Source: Elusimicrobiota bacterium (GTDB lineage: Bacteria; Elusimicrobiota; Elusimicrobia; UBA1565; UBA9628). Taken from it: a stretch of 64,000 bases of DNA. The position numbers and the translations under genes are program-made. Shown piece by piece: positions 10,147 through 20,294 of this stretch. The stretch lies in assembly GCA_027319565.1 (NCBI GenBank), contig DAHVNA010000002.1, positions 32,001-96,000 of the forward strand, in the 5' to 3' direction. Numbering within the stretch: position 1 is the stretch's first letter; each line of letters begins with the position of its first letter. The notes below the pieces were generated by a model. The model ran no database searches. It worked only from the letters and a program-made list of their open reading frames with translations, and was not told the origin of the DNA.

Positions 10147-11031
10147 ATGAATCGCTTGAGCGGACTTTTAACGACCTTATTTCTATCCTCGGCCCTGGCC
10201 TTCTCTTTTTCTGGCTGCGGAACCTTGATTGACCCAGGACACGAGGGACTTCGCCAATTGGTTTTTCGCGAGCACTCGCTTCAAAAAGAGCCCTTAACCG
10301 ACGGTTTTTATTGGCATTTCCCCTGGAACAATATCTTTGTCTATAAAACGACCTGGCAAAGCCGCACCGAAGAAGTGCATGTTTTAACCGAGGAAGCCCT
10401 TCATATTCTCGTTCGCGTCACGGTCACCTATCGCCCAAAAACGGCAGATCTCTACCAATTAGCTCAAACCATCGGCCCTCATTATTACAGCCAGGTCATC
10501 CGCCCGCCGTTTGTGACCATTACGCGAACGGAATTTGCCTGGCACAAGCACAACCGTTTAGGGCAAGATTCTCCAATTATAGAATCTGACATTCTAAAAA
10601 AACTGGAAGCGGCCTTGTCCGATATGCCCATCGTGATCTCCCGCGTCTCAATTGACCATATCGAATACGACCGACAGGTCACCGACGCGATATCGGATAA
10701 AATTGCAACCCATCAGAAAGCGGAGCAAAAAGTTTACGACGAAGATATCGCCAAGGAAAATGCGGATATCGCCCGCACCAACGCCGAAGGCCAGGCCGAT
10801 GCCGAAGATATTCAAGCGAGCGGAGACGCCAAGGCGATTCTAGTCAAGGCCAAGGCCAAGGCTCAAGCCCAAATGGAAATTTCAAAAACCTTGACCAAGC
10901 AATATATCGAGCTTAAAGCCTTCGATAACCCCGCGACCCGCTACTATTTCGTCCCCCTTGGCAAAGACGGCCTGCCGCTGATTATCAACACCGGCTCTTC
11001 CAACACCAACTTCAATTCCGGAACCAAATAG
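10147..11031 (+). CDS. SPFH/prohibitin-family lipoprotein
   Basis: Lipobox FSGC, IDPGHEG, coiled-coil AEGQADA segment; SD AAGGAG. Confidence 0.8.
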   Translation: MNRLSGLLTTLFLSSALAFSFSGCGTLIDPGHEGLRQLVFREHSLQKEPLTDGFYWHFPWNNIFVYKTTWQSRTEEVHVLTEEALHILVRVTVTYRPKTADLYQLAQTIGPHYYSQVIRPPFVTITRTEFAWHKHNRLGQDSPIIESDILKKLEAALSDMPIVISRVSIDHIEYDRQVTDAISDKIATHQKAEQKVYDEDIAKENADIARTNAEGQADAEDIQASGDAKAILVKAKAKAQAQMEISKTLTKQYIELKAFDNPATRYYFVPLGKDGLPLIINTGSSNTNFNSGTK

Positions 11032-11040
11032 CAAGACTCA

Positions 11041-11370
11041 ATGAAAACAATCCTTCTTTTAGTCGCTTCCAATGTTTTCATGACTTTCGCTTGGTATGGG
11101 CATCTGCGCTACCGCCAAGTTCCCCTTTGGGAAGTCATCTTGATCAGTTGGGGCATCGCTTTTTTCGAATATTGCTTTCAAGTGCCGGCCAATCGCATCG
11201 GCTACGGCGAATTTTCGGTCGTTCAATTAAAAACCATCCAAGAAGTCATCACCTTGACCGTGTTTTCGGTCTTCGCCACGCTTTACCTAGGAGAAAGACT
11301 GCGATGGAACCATTTTGTCGGGTTCTCCTTTTTAATTTTAGCCGCATTTTTCATTTTCCAGCATAAATAA
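11041..11370 (+). CDS. DMT-family small membrane protein (DUF486-like)
   Basis: SNVFMTFAWYGHL, EYCFQVPANRIG, QLKTIQEVITL signature. Confidence 0.9.
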   Translation: MKTILLLVASNVFMTFAWYGHLRYRQVPLWEVILISWGIAFFEYCFQVPANRIGYGEFSVVQLKTIQEVITLTVFSVFATLYLGERLRWNHFVGFSFLILAAFFIFQHK

Positions 11371-11386
11371 ACCCTGGAAAAATCCA

Positions 11387-14300
11387 ATGAACGATTCCGA
11401 AAGCCGCCTAGCGGCTCAATTTGATTTAGGCTCGAACATGGTCGTCGAAGCGGCGGCCGGAACCGGGAAGACATCTCTTCTCATTGCGCGGATTCTGTCT
11501 TTGACTCTGGCCGGCAATAGCGGAAAAGGATATCCCCTTGAAAACATCGCGGCCTTAACCTTTACCAACAAAGCCGCCGCGGAAATGAAAATACGCCTGG
11601 CGCAGCAACTTCATCAAATCGCGACCTCAATTCATCGCCCTGAAGAGGCCCAGCCCACGGCCAAAAAACTCGTTGACTCTTTAAAGGAGCGCTTTTCTCT
11701 CTCTGAACAAGCCATTGAAGAAAGAGTTAGTCTGGCTTTAAATCAACTTGAACGAGCCCCCATAGAAACTTTTCACTCCTTTGTCGCGCGGATTCTAAGG
11801 CTCTATCCCCTAGATGCCGGGCTTTCCCCGAGTTTTGAGATCGATGAGGGACGAAATTTTAACCGAATTTTTGAATCGGAATGGGAAGAATGGCTGGACA
11901 GTGAACTGGGATCTTCTATGCCGCGAAAAGAAGATTGGCTTCAGATTCTTAAATTCGTCACGATTAAAGATTTAAGAGAATTAGCCAAACAATTGGCTCA
12001 AAAAGAAATTCCTCTTGATTTAATTCATCGAACATCCCGGGAAACCGTGGAGAGTTTAAAGTGCCTCTTGGAAAAATTAGAAGAAATCCCTCAGGGAAAG
12101 CCTCCCCCTAAAAGCAAGACATTTCTGGATAAATTTTCTGATTTAAAAAACCAAATTCGGGCACTCACTCAAATTCCGGAGACGAAAAAATCAGATACGG
12201 ATCTATTGAAAAACTGGACTCCCCCTGAAACAGGAACTTTTTGGCCTCAATGGCCCAAAGCGTGGGGAGAGGACGAGGAGGAAAAAGCGATTTATAAACG
12301 CGCCCAAAAAATAGCGGAATACTCCTCTCCCGAAAAACACGCCTTGGTGGAAAAAGCGACCAGCCTTTTGGCGCCTTTTTGCGATAAAGTTCTTAACTCG
12401 TTTAGAAAAGCCGGTTTTATCTCTTTTGATGGACTCTTAATTGAGGCCCGCAATCTCCTCAAGGACAATCTGAAAATTCGCAACGAAATCAAGCGCCGCT
12501 ATCATTCGTTGTTGGTGGATGAATTTCAAGACACCGACCCCCTGCAGGGAGAAATTCTATTTTTCCTGGCGGAAGACCTCCATTCAACGGCGCTCGATTG
12601 GCAAAAGGTGACCCTGGGCCCGGGCCGAATCTTCGTCGTTGGAGACCCCAAACAGTCGATCTACCGCTTTCGCGGAGCCGACATCGCCGCCTATCAAGAT
12701 TTTACGCAGAAAATTTTATCCCAGCCGAAATCCAAAGCCTTGTCTCTCAATCTCAATTTTAGAAGCAAGGCCGAAGTTTTACTTCCCATCAATTCTCTAT
12801 TTTCCAAGACGATGAAAGAAATCAAGGGTCTTCAGGCCGCCCATCAAAATCTTGAAACGACCCAAAGTTTAAGCTCTGATTCCGCCCTTCAAATTATCAA
12901 GCTCGGTTTTTCCGGAGATTCGGCTAAATCCCATGATTTTCAAAAAGCCGAGGCGCAATGGATTTGTCAGTGGATTGACGAAAATTGCGGGCCTCAAAAA
13001 AAGTTCCGCTATAAAGACGTCGCCGTTCTCTGGCGCACCCAATTGGGAAGCTCTTATTTAATCGAAGCCCTTAAGAGCGCTCAAATCCCTTATGCCGCCC
13101 AGCTCAAAAACTCTCTTTATTCTTCCCAAGAGTTTATCGATTTCATGAATCTCATCCGCGTTTTAGACGACCCTGAAGATCAAGTCTCTCTCAATGGAGT
13201 TTTAAGATCTCCCCTGACCGACACCAAAGACTCCAATCTTACGGACGGGAAAACCAAGGGAAAAAGCGCAGAGGCCTTGGAAAAAATCCTCAACAATCTT
13301 CGCTCTCAATTGGGGCGAATACCTCTGCCCATTTTTTTAGACCGCGTAATTAAAGAAACCGCTCTTCTGCCCATCGCGGCCAAAGCTTACCATGGGGCTC
13401 AAGCGGTGTCTAATATTCTCAAAGCCTCCCGTTTAGCCGAGGAAATCGCCAACAAAGAGGGCTTGACCGCTCGGGAAATGATCGAGCGGATCTTGCGGGA
13501 AGTTCAATCGGGAGAAGAAGAAGGCGAAAGCCCGCTGGCCGACGATTCTCTTGACTGCGTTCGGTTGTTGACCATCCACAAAGCCAAAGGCCTTGAATTT
13601 CCCATCGTCTTTATCCCGCGGATATCCTCGGCGGGGCAATCCAACGAAATTCCCTTTTCTTTGGCGGATTGGAAAACTCAAACGATCGGGTTCTATCTTT
13701 CCAAGGCCAAAGCCGCGTCTTTAAACATGGCCTTCCTGAGAATCAACGAAAAAGAACGGCTCAACCATGAGGCCCTCCGTCTTCTTTATGTGGGCCTGAC
13801 CCGCGCCAAGGAAAAAATATTTCTCATCGGAGACAAGGACTTTTCCCCGGGAGATTATTGCTTCTCCCGATTTTTGTCGGCCGATTTAACGCTCCCCTCC
13901 AAAAACATCAATGTCGATGCCTCGTTTTCAAATTCAAATCAAAATCGCCAAAAGCCCACGAGCAAAATTCCAATTGAGCCCGAAAAATGGGCTTTAAAAT
14001 GGAAAGAGGAGCTTAAACCAAAAAGCCTTGGGCCCCGCCCCTGGTCTTTAACCCCCACTCAAGAGGCAACCCGCCTTTTTGAAGAGGATGATGCGCGTCC
14101 CCGGCCAAATCAAGCCGTAGTTTTAGGACAACTTTGCCACGAGGCCTTAAAAATCCTCGATTTCAAAAATCCCGGCGAGATTCGGCCTCTCATCCAGCGC
14201 GCCGCGGCTTTCTTATCGCAACTGGCTTTAACCCCGCCGGAACCCAAACTCCTTGAAGAAGCTGAAAGACTCATTCATGACTTTTTAGGTTCATCTTCGG

Positions 14301-14620
14301 CAAAAGCAATCATCCAATCCGAGATTTTAGGAAGAGAAATTCCGTTTGCCTACCAGGAAAATAATTCCATCATTCGAGGGGCCATCGATCTGGTCTATCA
14401 AAATAGGGATCAAACGGTCGTCCTCGATTATAAAACCGGCCCGGCGCCGAAATCTCAAGAGGAAGAAAAAATCGCCTTGAAACGCTACCACCCCCAAGCC
14501 CGGGCTTATCTTCAAGCCGTAGAAAAAACCTTGGGAAAAAAAGCGCGCTTTCAGCTTCTTTTCCTGCGCCGACCCGAAAGCCCTATATGGTATAATGAGA
14601 AAGACGTTTTTCAGGATTAA
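11387..14620 (+). CDS. UvrD/AddA(RecB)-like helicase with C-terminal PD-(D/E)XK nuclease
   Basis: AAAGTGKT, TFTNKAA, DEFQD, VGDPKQSIYRFRGA, TIHKAKGLEF, YVGLTRA, GAIDL..DYKT. Confidence 0.9.
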   Translation: MNDSESRLAAQFDLGSNMVVEAAAGTGKTSLLIARILSLTLAGNSGKGYPLENIAALTFTNKAAAEMKIRLAQQLHQIATSIHRPEEAQPTAKKLVDSLKERFSLSEQAIEERVSLALNQLERAPIETFHSFVARILRLYPLDAGLSPSFEIDEGRNFNRIFESEWEEWLDSELGSSMPRKEDWLQILKFVTIKDLRELAKQLAQKEIPLDLIHRTSRETVESLKCLLEKLEEIPQGKPPPKSKTFLDKFSDLKNQIRALTQIPETKKSDTDLLKNWTPPETGTFWPQWPKAWGEDEEEKAIYKRAQKIAEYSSPEKHALVEKATSLLAPFCDKVLNSFRKAGFISFDGLLIEARNLLKDNLKIRNEIKRRYHSLLVDEFQDTDPLQGEILFFLAEDLHSTALDWQKVTLGPGRIFVVGDPKQSIYRFRGADIAAYQDFTQKILSQPKSKALSLNLNFRSKAEVLLPINSLFSKTMKEIKGLQAAHQNLETTQSLSSDSALQIIKLGFSGDSAKSHDFQKAEAQWICQWIDENCGPQKKFRYKDVAVLWRTQLGSSYLIEALKSAQIPYAAQLKNSLYSSQEFIDFMNLIRVLDDPEDQVSLNGVLRSPLTDTKDSNLTDGKTKGKSAEALEKILNNLRSQLGRIPLPIFLDRVIKETALLPIAAKAYHGAQAVSNILKASRLAEEIANKEGLTAREMIERILREVQSGEEEGESPLADDSLDCVRLLTIHKAKGLEFPIVFIPRISSAGQSNEIPFSLADWKTQTIGFYLSKAKAASLNMAFLRINEKERLNHEALRLLYVGLTRAKEKIFLIGDKDFSPGDYCFSRFLSADLTLPSKNINVDASFSNSNQNRQKPTSKIPIEPEKWALKWKEELKPKSLGPRPWSLTPTQEATRLFEEDDARPRPNQAVVLGQLCHEALKILDFKNPGEIRPLIQRAAAFLSQLALTPPEPKLLEEAERLIHDFLGSSSAKAIIQSEILGREIPFAYQENNSIIRGAIDLVYQNRDQTVVLDYKTGPAPKSQEEEKIALKRYHPQARAYLQAVEKTLGKKARFQLLFLRRPESPIWYNEKDVFQD
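14588..14596 (+). promoter_or_regulatory. extended -10 promoter for secG-tRNA-Leu
   Basis: TGGTATAAT (TGn-TATAAT) inside the 3' end of the helicase gene, about 30 nt before the secG ATG. Confidence 0.6.
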
Positions 14621-14624
14621 CTCT

Positions 14625-14948
14625 ATGTTCTATCATCTTATTTTAGCGATTCACGTCTTTGTCTGCGTGCTGATGATTTTGGTGGTGCTCCTCCAGACCG
14701 GCCGCGGAGCGGGGCTCGCTCTTTTTGGAAGCTCGGGAGATTCCCTCATTACCACCCCGACCGGATCAAGTTTCATGCGCAATTTAACCGGGGCGCTTGC
14801 CGGAGCCTTCGCTTTTACATCCCTTTTTCTCTCTTTGTTGTCGGCCAAAAGCGGAATGTCGAGCGTCACGTCTCGTTTTTCGCTTCCGAGCGCGCCGGCA
14901 GCTCAACAGGCCCCCGCTACTCCGCCTGCTTCCACCAAGAAAAAATAA
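14625..14948 (+). CDS. secG: preprotein translocase subunit SecG
   Basis: Two TMs with VLLQTGRGAGL..FG loop; followed by tRNA-Leu as is commonly conserved. Confidence 0.92.
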   Translation: MFYHLILAIHVFVCVLMILVVLLQTGRGAGLALFGSSGDSLITTPTGSSFMRNLTGALAGAFAFTSLFLSLLSAKSGMSSVTSRFSLPSAPAAQQAPATPPASTKKK

Positions 14949-14959
14949 TTTCATTTAAC

Positions 14960-15041
14960 GCGCGGGTGGCGGAACTGGCAGACGCGTACGTTTGAGGGGC
15001 GTATGCCGCAAGGCGTGAGGGTTCGAGTCCCTCCCCGCGCA
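14960..15041 (+). tRNA. tRNA-Leu(GAG), CCA not encoded
   Basis: Acceptor GCGCGGG/CCCGCGC+A; anticodon stem TACGT/GCGTA with loop TTGAGGG; long variable arm; GGTTCGAGTCC T-arm. Confidence 0.95.
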
Positions 15042-15048
15042 AATTTTA

Positions 15049-15480
15049 ATGAGTTTAAAACCCATCTCATTTAGTTGCCGCATCTACGGAATCCTCATCG
15101 AAAATAAGAAAGTTTTAATGACGCGAAGCCGTTTTATCGATCGCGAATTCGTCAATTTCCCGGGCGGTGGAGTCGAAATAGGAGAGTCCCCGGAAGACGC
15201 CTTAATCAGGGAATATCAGGAAGAAACCGGACTCTCAATTAAGATTGGAAAAATTCTTTTTTCCAGCCAAAAACTCCATTTATCCACTCAAAGGCCGATT
15301 CAAATCGTCAGCTCTTTTTGGAGAGTGGAAAAAACGTCGGGAAAGCTCAAGGAAAACGGGAATAACGACGACGTGCTTAAGCTTTTTTGGGCCGAGATTT
15401 CTTCAATCCCAAAAGGCGAGATGTTTTCCTCCGATCGGGAGTTTGCCGATCTCTTGCCCGATCTTCTTTCTTCAAGCTGA
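15049..15480 (+). CDS. NUDIX hydrolase
   Basis: Nudix box GGGVEIGESPEDALIREYQEETGL. Confidence 0.9.
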   Translation: MSLKPISFSCRIYGILIENKKVLMTRSRFIDREFVNFPGGGVEIGESPEDALIREYQEETGLSIKIGKILFSSQKLHLSTQRPIQIVSSFWRVEKTSGKLKENGNNDDVLKLFWAEISSIPKGEMFSSDREFADLLPDLLSSS

Positions 15481-15829
15481 GAATTTTCCGAACATCCTCG
15501 GCAATTTGGCGTTTCAACTCTTCTATCGAGGCAAACTTCTTTTGACCTCGGATTTTTTTAATGAGGGACACCTGAAGCTCGGACCCGTAGAGATTTCCTT
15601 TAAAACCCGGGATATAGACTTCAAAAACCCTTTTTTCGCCAGCCACGGTGGGCTTATTGCCCACGCTGACCGCTCCTATATAAACGCGGGAAAGCTTCTC
15701 TCCGCGAACCTCGCCCGCATAAACCCCGTCTTTAGGCAAAACGTCCGGGCTGATTTTTAAATTAGCGGTGGGGTATCCCAGTTTGCGCCCGAGTCGATCC
15801 CCGGGCACGACGACCCCGCGATAGAGCAT
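15377..15829 (-). CDS. stand-alone riboflavin kinase (RibF C-terminal domain only)
   Basis: GRKLGYPTANL, GVYA, VGNKPT, IRGQKKF..L..QI..D; no HxGH adenylyltransferase domain. Confidence 0.88.
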   Translation of the reverse strand: MLYRGVVVPGDRLGRKLGYPTANLKISPDVLPKDGVYAGEVRGEKLSRVYIGAVSVGNKPTVAGEKRVFEVYIPGFKGNLYGSELQVSLIKKIRGQKKFASIEELKRQIAEDVRKILSLKKEDRARDRQTPDRRKTSRLLGLKKSRPKKA

Positions 15830-16572
15830 CAGAACTTAGTTTTTATTTCCGAAGCGACTTGAAATAGTTTCATCGTTCCGGATTCCAGCAGATTTTTAAT
15901 GTCTTCAGTCTTTAAGCGTTTTAACGCTTCAAAGTCAATGGCTTCATCCACGGTAAAAGGGCCGATTTTTTCCCGTCTCAAGGTTTGAACAATAGCCCCG
16001 CACCCGATCTTAGAGCCTATCGCTTCGGCCAGGGCGCGGACATAGGTGCCACTGGAACAAAACAAACGGTTTTCAATCTCTCCGGTATGGGGATCGTACT
16101 TTAAGGCTTCCCAGCGATAAACGGTTGATTTCCTCGGTTTTTCGGGAACAGCGATTCCCTTGCGGGCATAATGGTAAAGCGGTTTTCCCTTGTGCTTGAC
16201 GGCGGAATAAATCGGGGCGGGCAGGGAAATCTCTCCCAAATATTGGTCAAGAACTCGCTGAATCTCGGGTAATGTCAAGGCGGGGACAGGCCTTTTTTCA
16301 AGAACGTGCCCGGTAATATCTCCTGAATCGGTGATCACCCCAAGCTTGATTGTCCCGTAATAAATCTTGTCCAAACCTTGCATATGCGCCTGGAGCTTGC
16401 GAGTTCTTCCCGCCAAAATAATCAAAAGTCCGGTCGCGAGAGGATCGAGAGTCCCGCAATGCCCCGCCTTTTCATTTTTTGGAAAAAACCGCCTGAATGC
16501 GCTTACCGCATCGTGAGAAGTCCATCCCGCCGGTTTGTCAAATAAAATCATTCCCGCAAGCTCGGGCTTCAC
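15829..16572 (-). CDS. truB: tRNA pseudouridine(55) synthase
   Basis: DKPAGWTSHD, GHCGTLDPLATG, YSAVK, SSGTYVRAL. Confidence 0.95.
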   Translation of the reverse strand: MKPELAGMILFDKPAGWTSHDAVSAFRRFFPKNEKAGHCGTLDPLATGLLIILAGRTRKLQAHMQGLDKIYYGTIKLGVITDSGDITGHVLEKRPVPALTLPEIQRVLDQYLGEISLPAPIYSAVKHKGKPLYHYARKGIAVPEKPRKSTVYRWEALKYDPHTGEIENRLFCSSGTYVRALAEAIGSKIGCGAIVQTLRREKIGPFTVDEAIDFEALKRLKTEDIKNLLESGTMKLFQVASEIKTKF

Positions 16573-16913
16573 TCTTGATTCCTCAAATCATCCAATATTT
16601 TATCGATCCGAGAAGCCGTCGCGGGCGTCGCGTCATACTCAAAGATAAGCTCGGGCAAAATGCGAACGCTCCACTTTTGGCTCAGCTTTTGGCGGACATA
16701 GGGAGTCGCTCGGACAAGAGCTTTTTGGCAATTTAAGCGCTGGCGCGGGTTTCCCATCACCGAGTAAAAAATTCGCGCGGTCTTAAGATCCCGGGATAAA
16801 ACAATATCGGTGACGGTGATTAAGCCTGAAAACCCCGGATCCCGAATGGTAGGCAATATGGCGACAATTTCTTTGCGGAGAAGTTCTTGAAGCCGATCGA
16901 TCCGGGAAAACAA
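16569..16913 (-). CDS. rbfA: 30S ribosome-binding factor
   Basis: RDP..ITVT...SRDLKTA, PELIFEYD; infB-rbfA-truB synteny. Confidence 0.93.
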   Translation of the reverse strand: MFSRIDRLQELLRKEIVAILPTIRDPGFSGLITVTDIVLSRDLKTARIFYSVMGNPRQRLNCQKALVRATPYVRQKLSQKWSVRILPELIFEYDATPATASRIDKILDDLRNQE

Positions 16914-16919
16914 GGCAGG

Positions 16920-19391
16920 TCAGGCGCTCTCAAGCCGCCGCGTTCGAGATTCTTTCACGAAAATTTCGAGAGTATCGCCTTGTTGATAAGAAACGTTCCC
17001 ATCAATTTGAATCCCGCATTCGAGATTTTTTTCCACTTCCTTGACGTCATCTTTAAAGCGCTTGAGATTAACGACTTTTCCCTCAAAAACTTTCGCTCCG
17101 TTGCGAATAACCCGGGCAAACGCCCCGCGGGAAACCTTTCCTTCCCGAACAAAAGAGCCCGCGACAAAAGCCTTGCCCTTGAGCGGGAAAATTTCCCTGA
17201 CTTCCGCTTTCCCGACGACTACCTCTACAATTTCGGGAGCCAAAAGCCCTTCCAGCGCCGCTTTGACATCGGCAATCAGATCGTAAATAATTTTATACGA
17301 ACGGATTTCCACTTCTTCCCGCGCCGCCAGTTCTCGGGCCCGCGCTTCGGAAGAGCTGTTAAATAAGAAGATAATCGCGTTTGAAGCCGAGGCTAAAAGA
17401 ACATCCGACTCATTAGCGCTCCCCAATCCGGCATGAACGATGCGCACCTGGCATTCCTTGGTCGATAAGCTCTCCAGGGAATCGCGCAGGGCTTGAAGCG
17501 AACCCTGAACATCGGCTTTGAGGATAATATTTAAATCCTTGGTCGTCGATCCCAGCTGAGATTTAAGGCTGACCAAGCTGACATGGCGCTGGTGGGCCAA
17601 GACCTGCTCGCGGTTGAGCTTTTGTCGCTGTTCCGCGATTTCACGGGCTTCTTTTTCGCTTTTAACGACGCTAAAAATATCCCCGGCCTGAGGCGTTTTC
17701 GATAAACCGAGAACCTCCACCGGCGTCGCGGGCTCGGCTTTTTCAAGCCTTTGCCCGTGCTCATCCACAAGGGCTTTAACTTTTCCATGACACAAACCCA
17801 CTACCAAGGGATCTCCGATATTGAGCACCCCGGACTGAACGAGCAAGGTCGCCACGCTTCCTCTTTGAGGATCCATCTTCGCTTCCAAAACAATGCCGGA
17901 AGCCGCGCGATCGTAATTGGCTTTCAAATCCAGAAGCTCGGCTTGCAAGGAAAGCATTTCCAGAAGATGATCGATATTGGTTTTTTTCTTAGCCGAAACG
18001 TCGACAAAAATCGTTTTTCCGCCCCATTCCTCCGGATTAAGGCCGTGAAGAGCGAGATCTTGGCGAATCTTTTGCGGGTTCGCCCCGGGAAGATCAATCT
18101 TATTGACCGCGACTACGATTGGAACTCCGGCGGCTTTGGCGTGATCGATGGCTTCAATAGTCTGCGGCATAATTCCATCAACCGCGCTGACAACCAAAAC
18201 GACGATATCGGTGACCTTGGCTCCGCGGGACCGCATCGCGGTAAACGCTTCATGACCCGGAGTATCCAAGAAGACTAAAACGCCCTTAGAGGTCGTGACC
18301 TTATACGCTCCGATATGCTGGGTAATCCCTCCCGCTTCTCCGGTCGCGACATTGCTCGATCGAATCGCGTCTAAAAGGGAAGTTTTCCCGTGATCGACAT
18401 GCCCCATGACCGTAATAATGGGAGGCCGCGATTTTAAATTTTCGGAAGAATCTTTCTGCCCGCGAGCGGTCTCGATTTCTTCTTCTTTATACATCGCCGT
18501 CACTTTCAATTCGTAGTTAAATTCCTGGGCGATAATCATCGCGGCGTCAATTTCAAGGCGCTGATTGATGGTGGCAAAAATTCCAAGACTCATCAATTTT
18601 TTGATCAACTCGTTGGGAGTGGCTTCCATTTTCTCGGCCAACTCTCGAACCGTGATAATGCTGGGAACTTCCAAAACCTTCAAAGCGGGTTTGGCCTGAA
18701 CCGCGGGAGAAGCGGCGGGAGCGGAAAGATTGATAGCGGGTTTGGCCGCGGGCTGCGGTTTATGCTGAGGCTTCTGGGAAAAAGGCGGAGCCTTAATGAC
18801 CGGCCTTGGCTGCACCGGAGGAACCGCCTTTGGGGGAGTCGCCTGAACAGGCGCGATTTTAGGCGGAGCTGAAGCCGGATTTGGTTTGGGAGCCGGCGCA
18901 GTCGGGACTGCCGCAGCCGAAGCCTGCGGCGCGCTTTTCTTGGAATCTTCCGCAACAGGCTTAGCCGCCGCGGAAGGGGAATGAACCTGGGATGCCGGAG
19001 ACGGCGCTGAAGATTGAACAGGTGAAACCGCGGGTTTTTCCTTGGCTACCGGATTGGGAGTTCCCTTAAATCCCGTCGCCGGAGCCAAGCGCGCGACCGA
19101 AGGAACCTGCCTGGCGGGCCCGGATTTCCGTTTAAACAAATCAAAAGCTGAGACTAAATGAGACGTCGGTGGAGCAATAGAACCTTCCTCGCTTGAAGCC
19201 CTTTCTTCCGCGCGGGCCTTGACGATGGAGGGCTTGGCGGATGTTTTTTTCTTGGCAGAATCCGACTTGGATTTCTTGGCTGATTCTCCCTTCTCCGGAG
19301 CGGTTTTTTTGGCGCGGGGAGTTTTAGCGGATTTTTTCTCTTTTTCCGCTTTTTCTTTAGGTTCAGAACTTTTCTTGGCTTTGGAAGGCAT
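16920..19391 (-). CDS. infB: translation initiation factor IF-2 with Lys-rich and Pro/Ala-rich N-terminus
   Basis: [35 protein letters not shown]. Confidence 0.97.
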   Translation of the reverse strand: MPSKAKKSSEPKEKAEKEKKSAKTPRAKKTAPEKGESAKKSKSDSAKKKTSAKPSIVKARAEERASSEEGSIAPPTSHLVSAFDLFKRKSGPARQVPSVARLAPATGFKGTPNPVAKEKPAVSPVQSSAPSPASQVHSPSAAAKPVAEDSKKSAPQASAAAVPTAPAPKPNPASAPPKIAPVQATPPKAVPPVQPRPVIKAPPFSQKPQHKPQPAAKPAINLSAPAASPAVQAKPALKVLEVPSIITVRELAEKMEATPNELIKKLMSLGIFATINQRLEIDAAMIIAQEFNYELKVTAMYKEEEIETARGQKDSSENLKSRPPIITVMGHVDHGKTSLLDAIRSSNVATGEAGGITQHIGAYKVTTSKGVLVFLDTPGHEAFTAMRSRGAKVTDIVVLVVSAVDGIMPQTIEAIDHAKAAGVPIVVAVNKIDLPGANPQKIRQDLALHGLNPEEWGGKTIFVDVSAKKKTNIDHLLEMLSLQAELLDLKANYDRAASGIVLEAKMDPQRGSVATLLVQSGVLNIGDPLVVGLCHGKVKALVDEHGQRLEKAEPATPVEVLGLSKTPQAGDIFSVVKSEKEAREIAEQRQKLNREQVLAHQRHVSLVSLKSQLGSTTKDLNIILKADVQGSLQALRDSLESLSTKECQVRIVHAGLGSANESDVLLASASNAIIFLFNSSSEARARELAAREEVEIRSYKIIYDLIADVKAALEGLLAPEIVEVVVGKAEVREIFPLKGKAFVAGSFVREGKVSRGAFARVIRNGAKVFEGKVVNLKRFKDDVKEVEKNLECGIQIDGNVSYQQGDTLEIFVKESRTRRLESA

Positions 19392-19576
19392 GTAATTATA
19401 ATATCATTTTAGAAAAAAAGAGTGAAAATTTTACCGTCATATGCGATGATCGCAATGGCCCTCATCGATATGTATCGGCGCGCCGCTCCGATCAAATCAA
19501 GAGCATTCCGGCCGATCCTCGCGGAGGTCGCAGGAGTTTAATGAAAAGTTCTTCTTCGCCGAAAATTATGCCGATA

Positions 19577-20131
19577 TCAATCATCCATGATGCCAAACAT
19601 TCCGAGTTTTGAAGCTTCCTCAAACGAGAATGGAAGCAGGGTATGCTCGGTATAGAAAGCGTTTTTAAATCGCGAATGAGCGTCGATTTCGGCTCGGCTC
19701 AGATCGGCAACCCTGAGGTTGGCTCGGCTAAGGTCGGCTCCCATAAGCGCCGCTCCGCTCAAATCGGCATACTCAAGGTCGGCGCCCTTCAGGTTCGCGC
19801 CGCGTAGATCGGCCTCCAATAAATCGGCGCTATGGAGATCGAGCCCGTGGAAATCCCCGCATTCGCCGTCCATGAGATCATCGGTTTTGTTATAGCCTTG
19901 GACGCCCTCTTTGTTCACGCATGTCCCGGTTTTTGGGTCGTAATGAAAGCGATCCATCTCTTTTTGAATTTTCTTGACGAGAGTCTGGGCGTGGGCCGCC
20001 TTAAGACAGAATTCCTCGCTGATCTTACACCATTCCGGCCCGACGACTTGCGCCCGTGACGAATGGGCTCCCGCCAGCGAAATAAAGAACATTGAGACAA
20101 ACCCCAGGACGGCTTTTTTATCGTTTATCAT
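19577..20131 (-). CDS. exported pentapeptide-repeat protein
   Basis: A(D/N)LxX repeats (ADLLE ADLRG ANLKG ADLEY...); signal-like N-terminus; SD GGAGG before ATG 20131. Confidence 0.8.
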   Translation of the reverse strand: MINDKKAVLGFVSMFFISLAGAHSSRAQVVGPEWCKISEEFCLKAAHAQTLVKKIQKEMDRFHYDPKTGTCVNKEGVQGYNKTDDLMDGECGDFHGLDLHSADLLEADLRGANLKGADLEYADLSGAALMGADLSRANLRVADLSRAEIDAHSRFKNAFYTEHTLLPFSFEEASKLGMFGIMDD

Positions 20132-20294
20132 TTGATCCTCCGAAGCGTCTTTACCCTGCAGAGTCATCCTACAAACGATTCATGGGATCGGGCCATAGCA
20201 GACGCGTAAAATCGGCATGACGCTAGTATGACGGCAGGAACGTCTCTAGAACCTCGTCAATGATCCGGATTGCCCAATTCGGGAATGATGGGGA

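Noticed and set aside
14960..15480. tRNA-Leu as an integration site
   Set aside because: No integrase, and I saw no repeat of the tRNA 3' end downstream
18680..19391. Low-complexity Lys/Pro/Ala region as a repeat element or separate gene
   Set aside because: It is the variable, disordered IF2 N-terminus in frame with infB
19434..20234. 8-bp inverted repeat CCGTCATA / TATGACGG flanking the pentapeptide gene, as possible element ends
   Set aside because: Short enough to arise by chance; no target-site duplication or transposase
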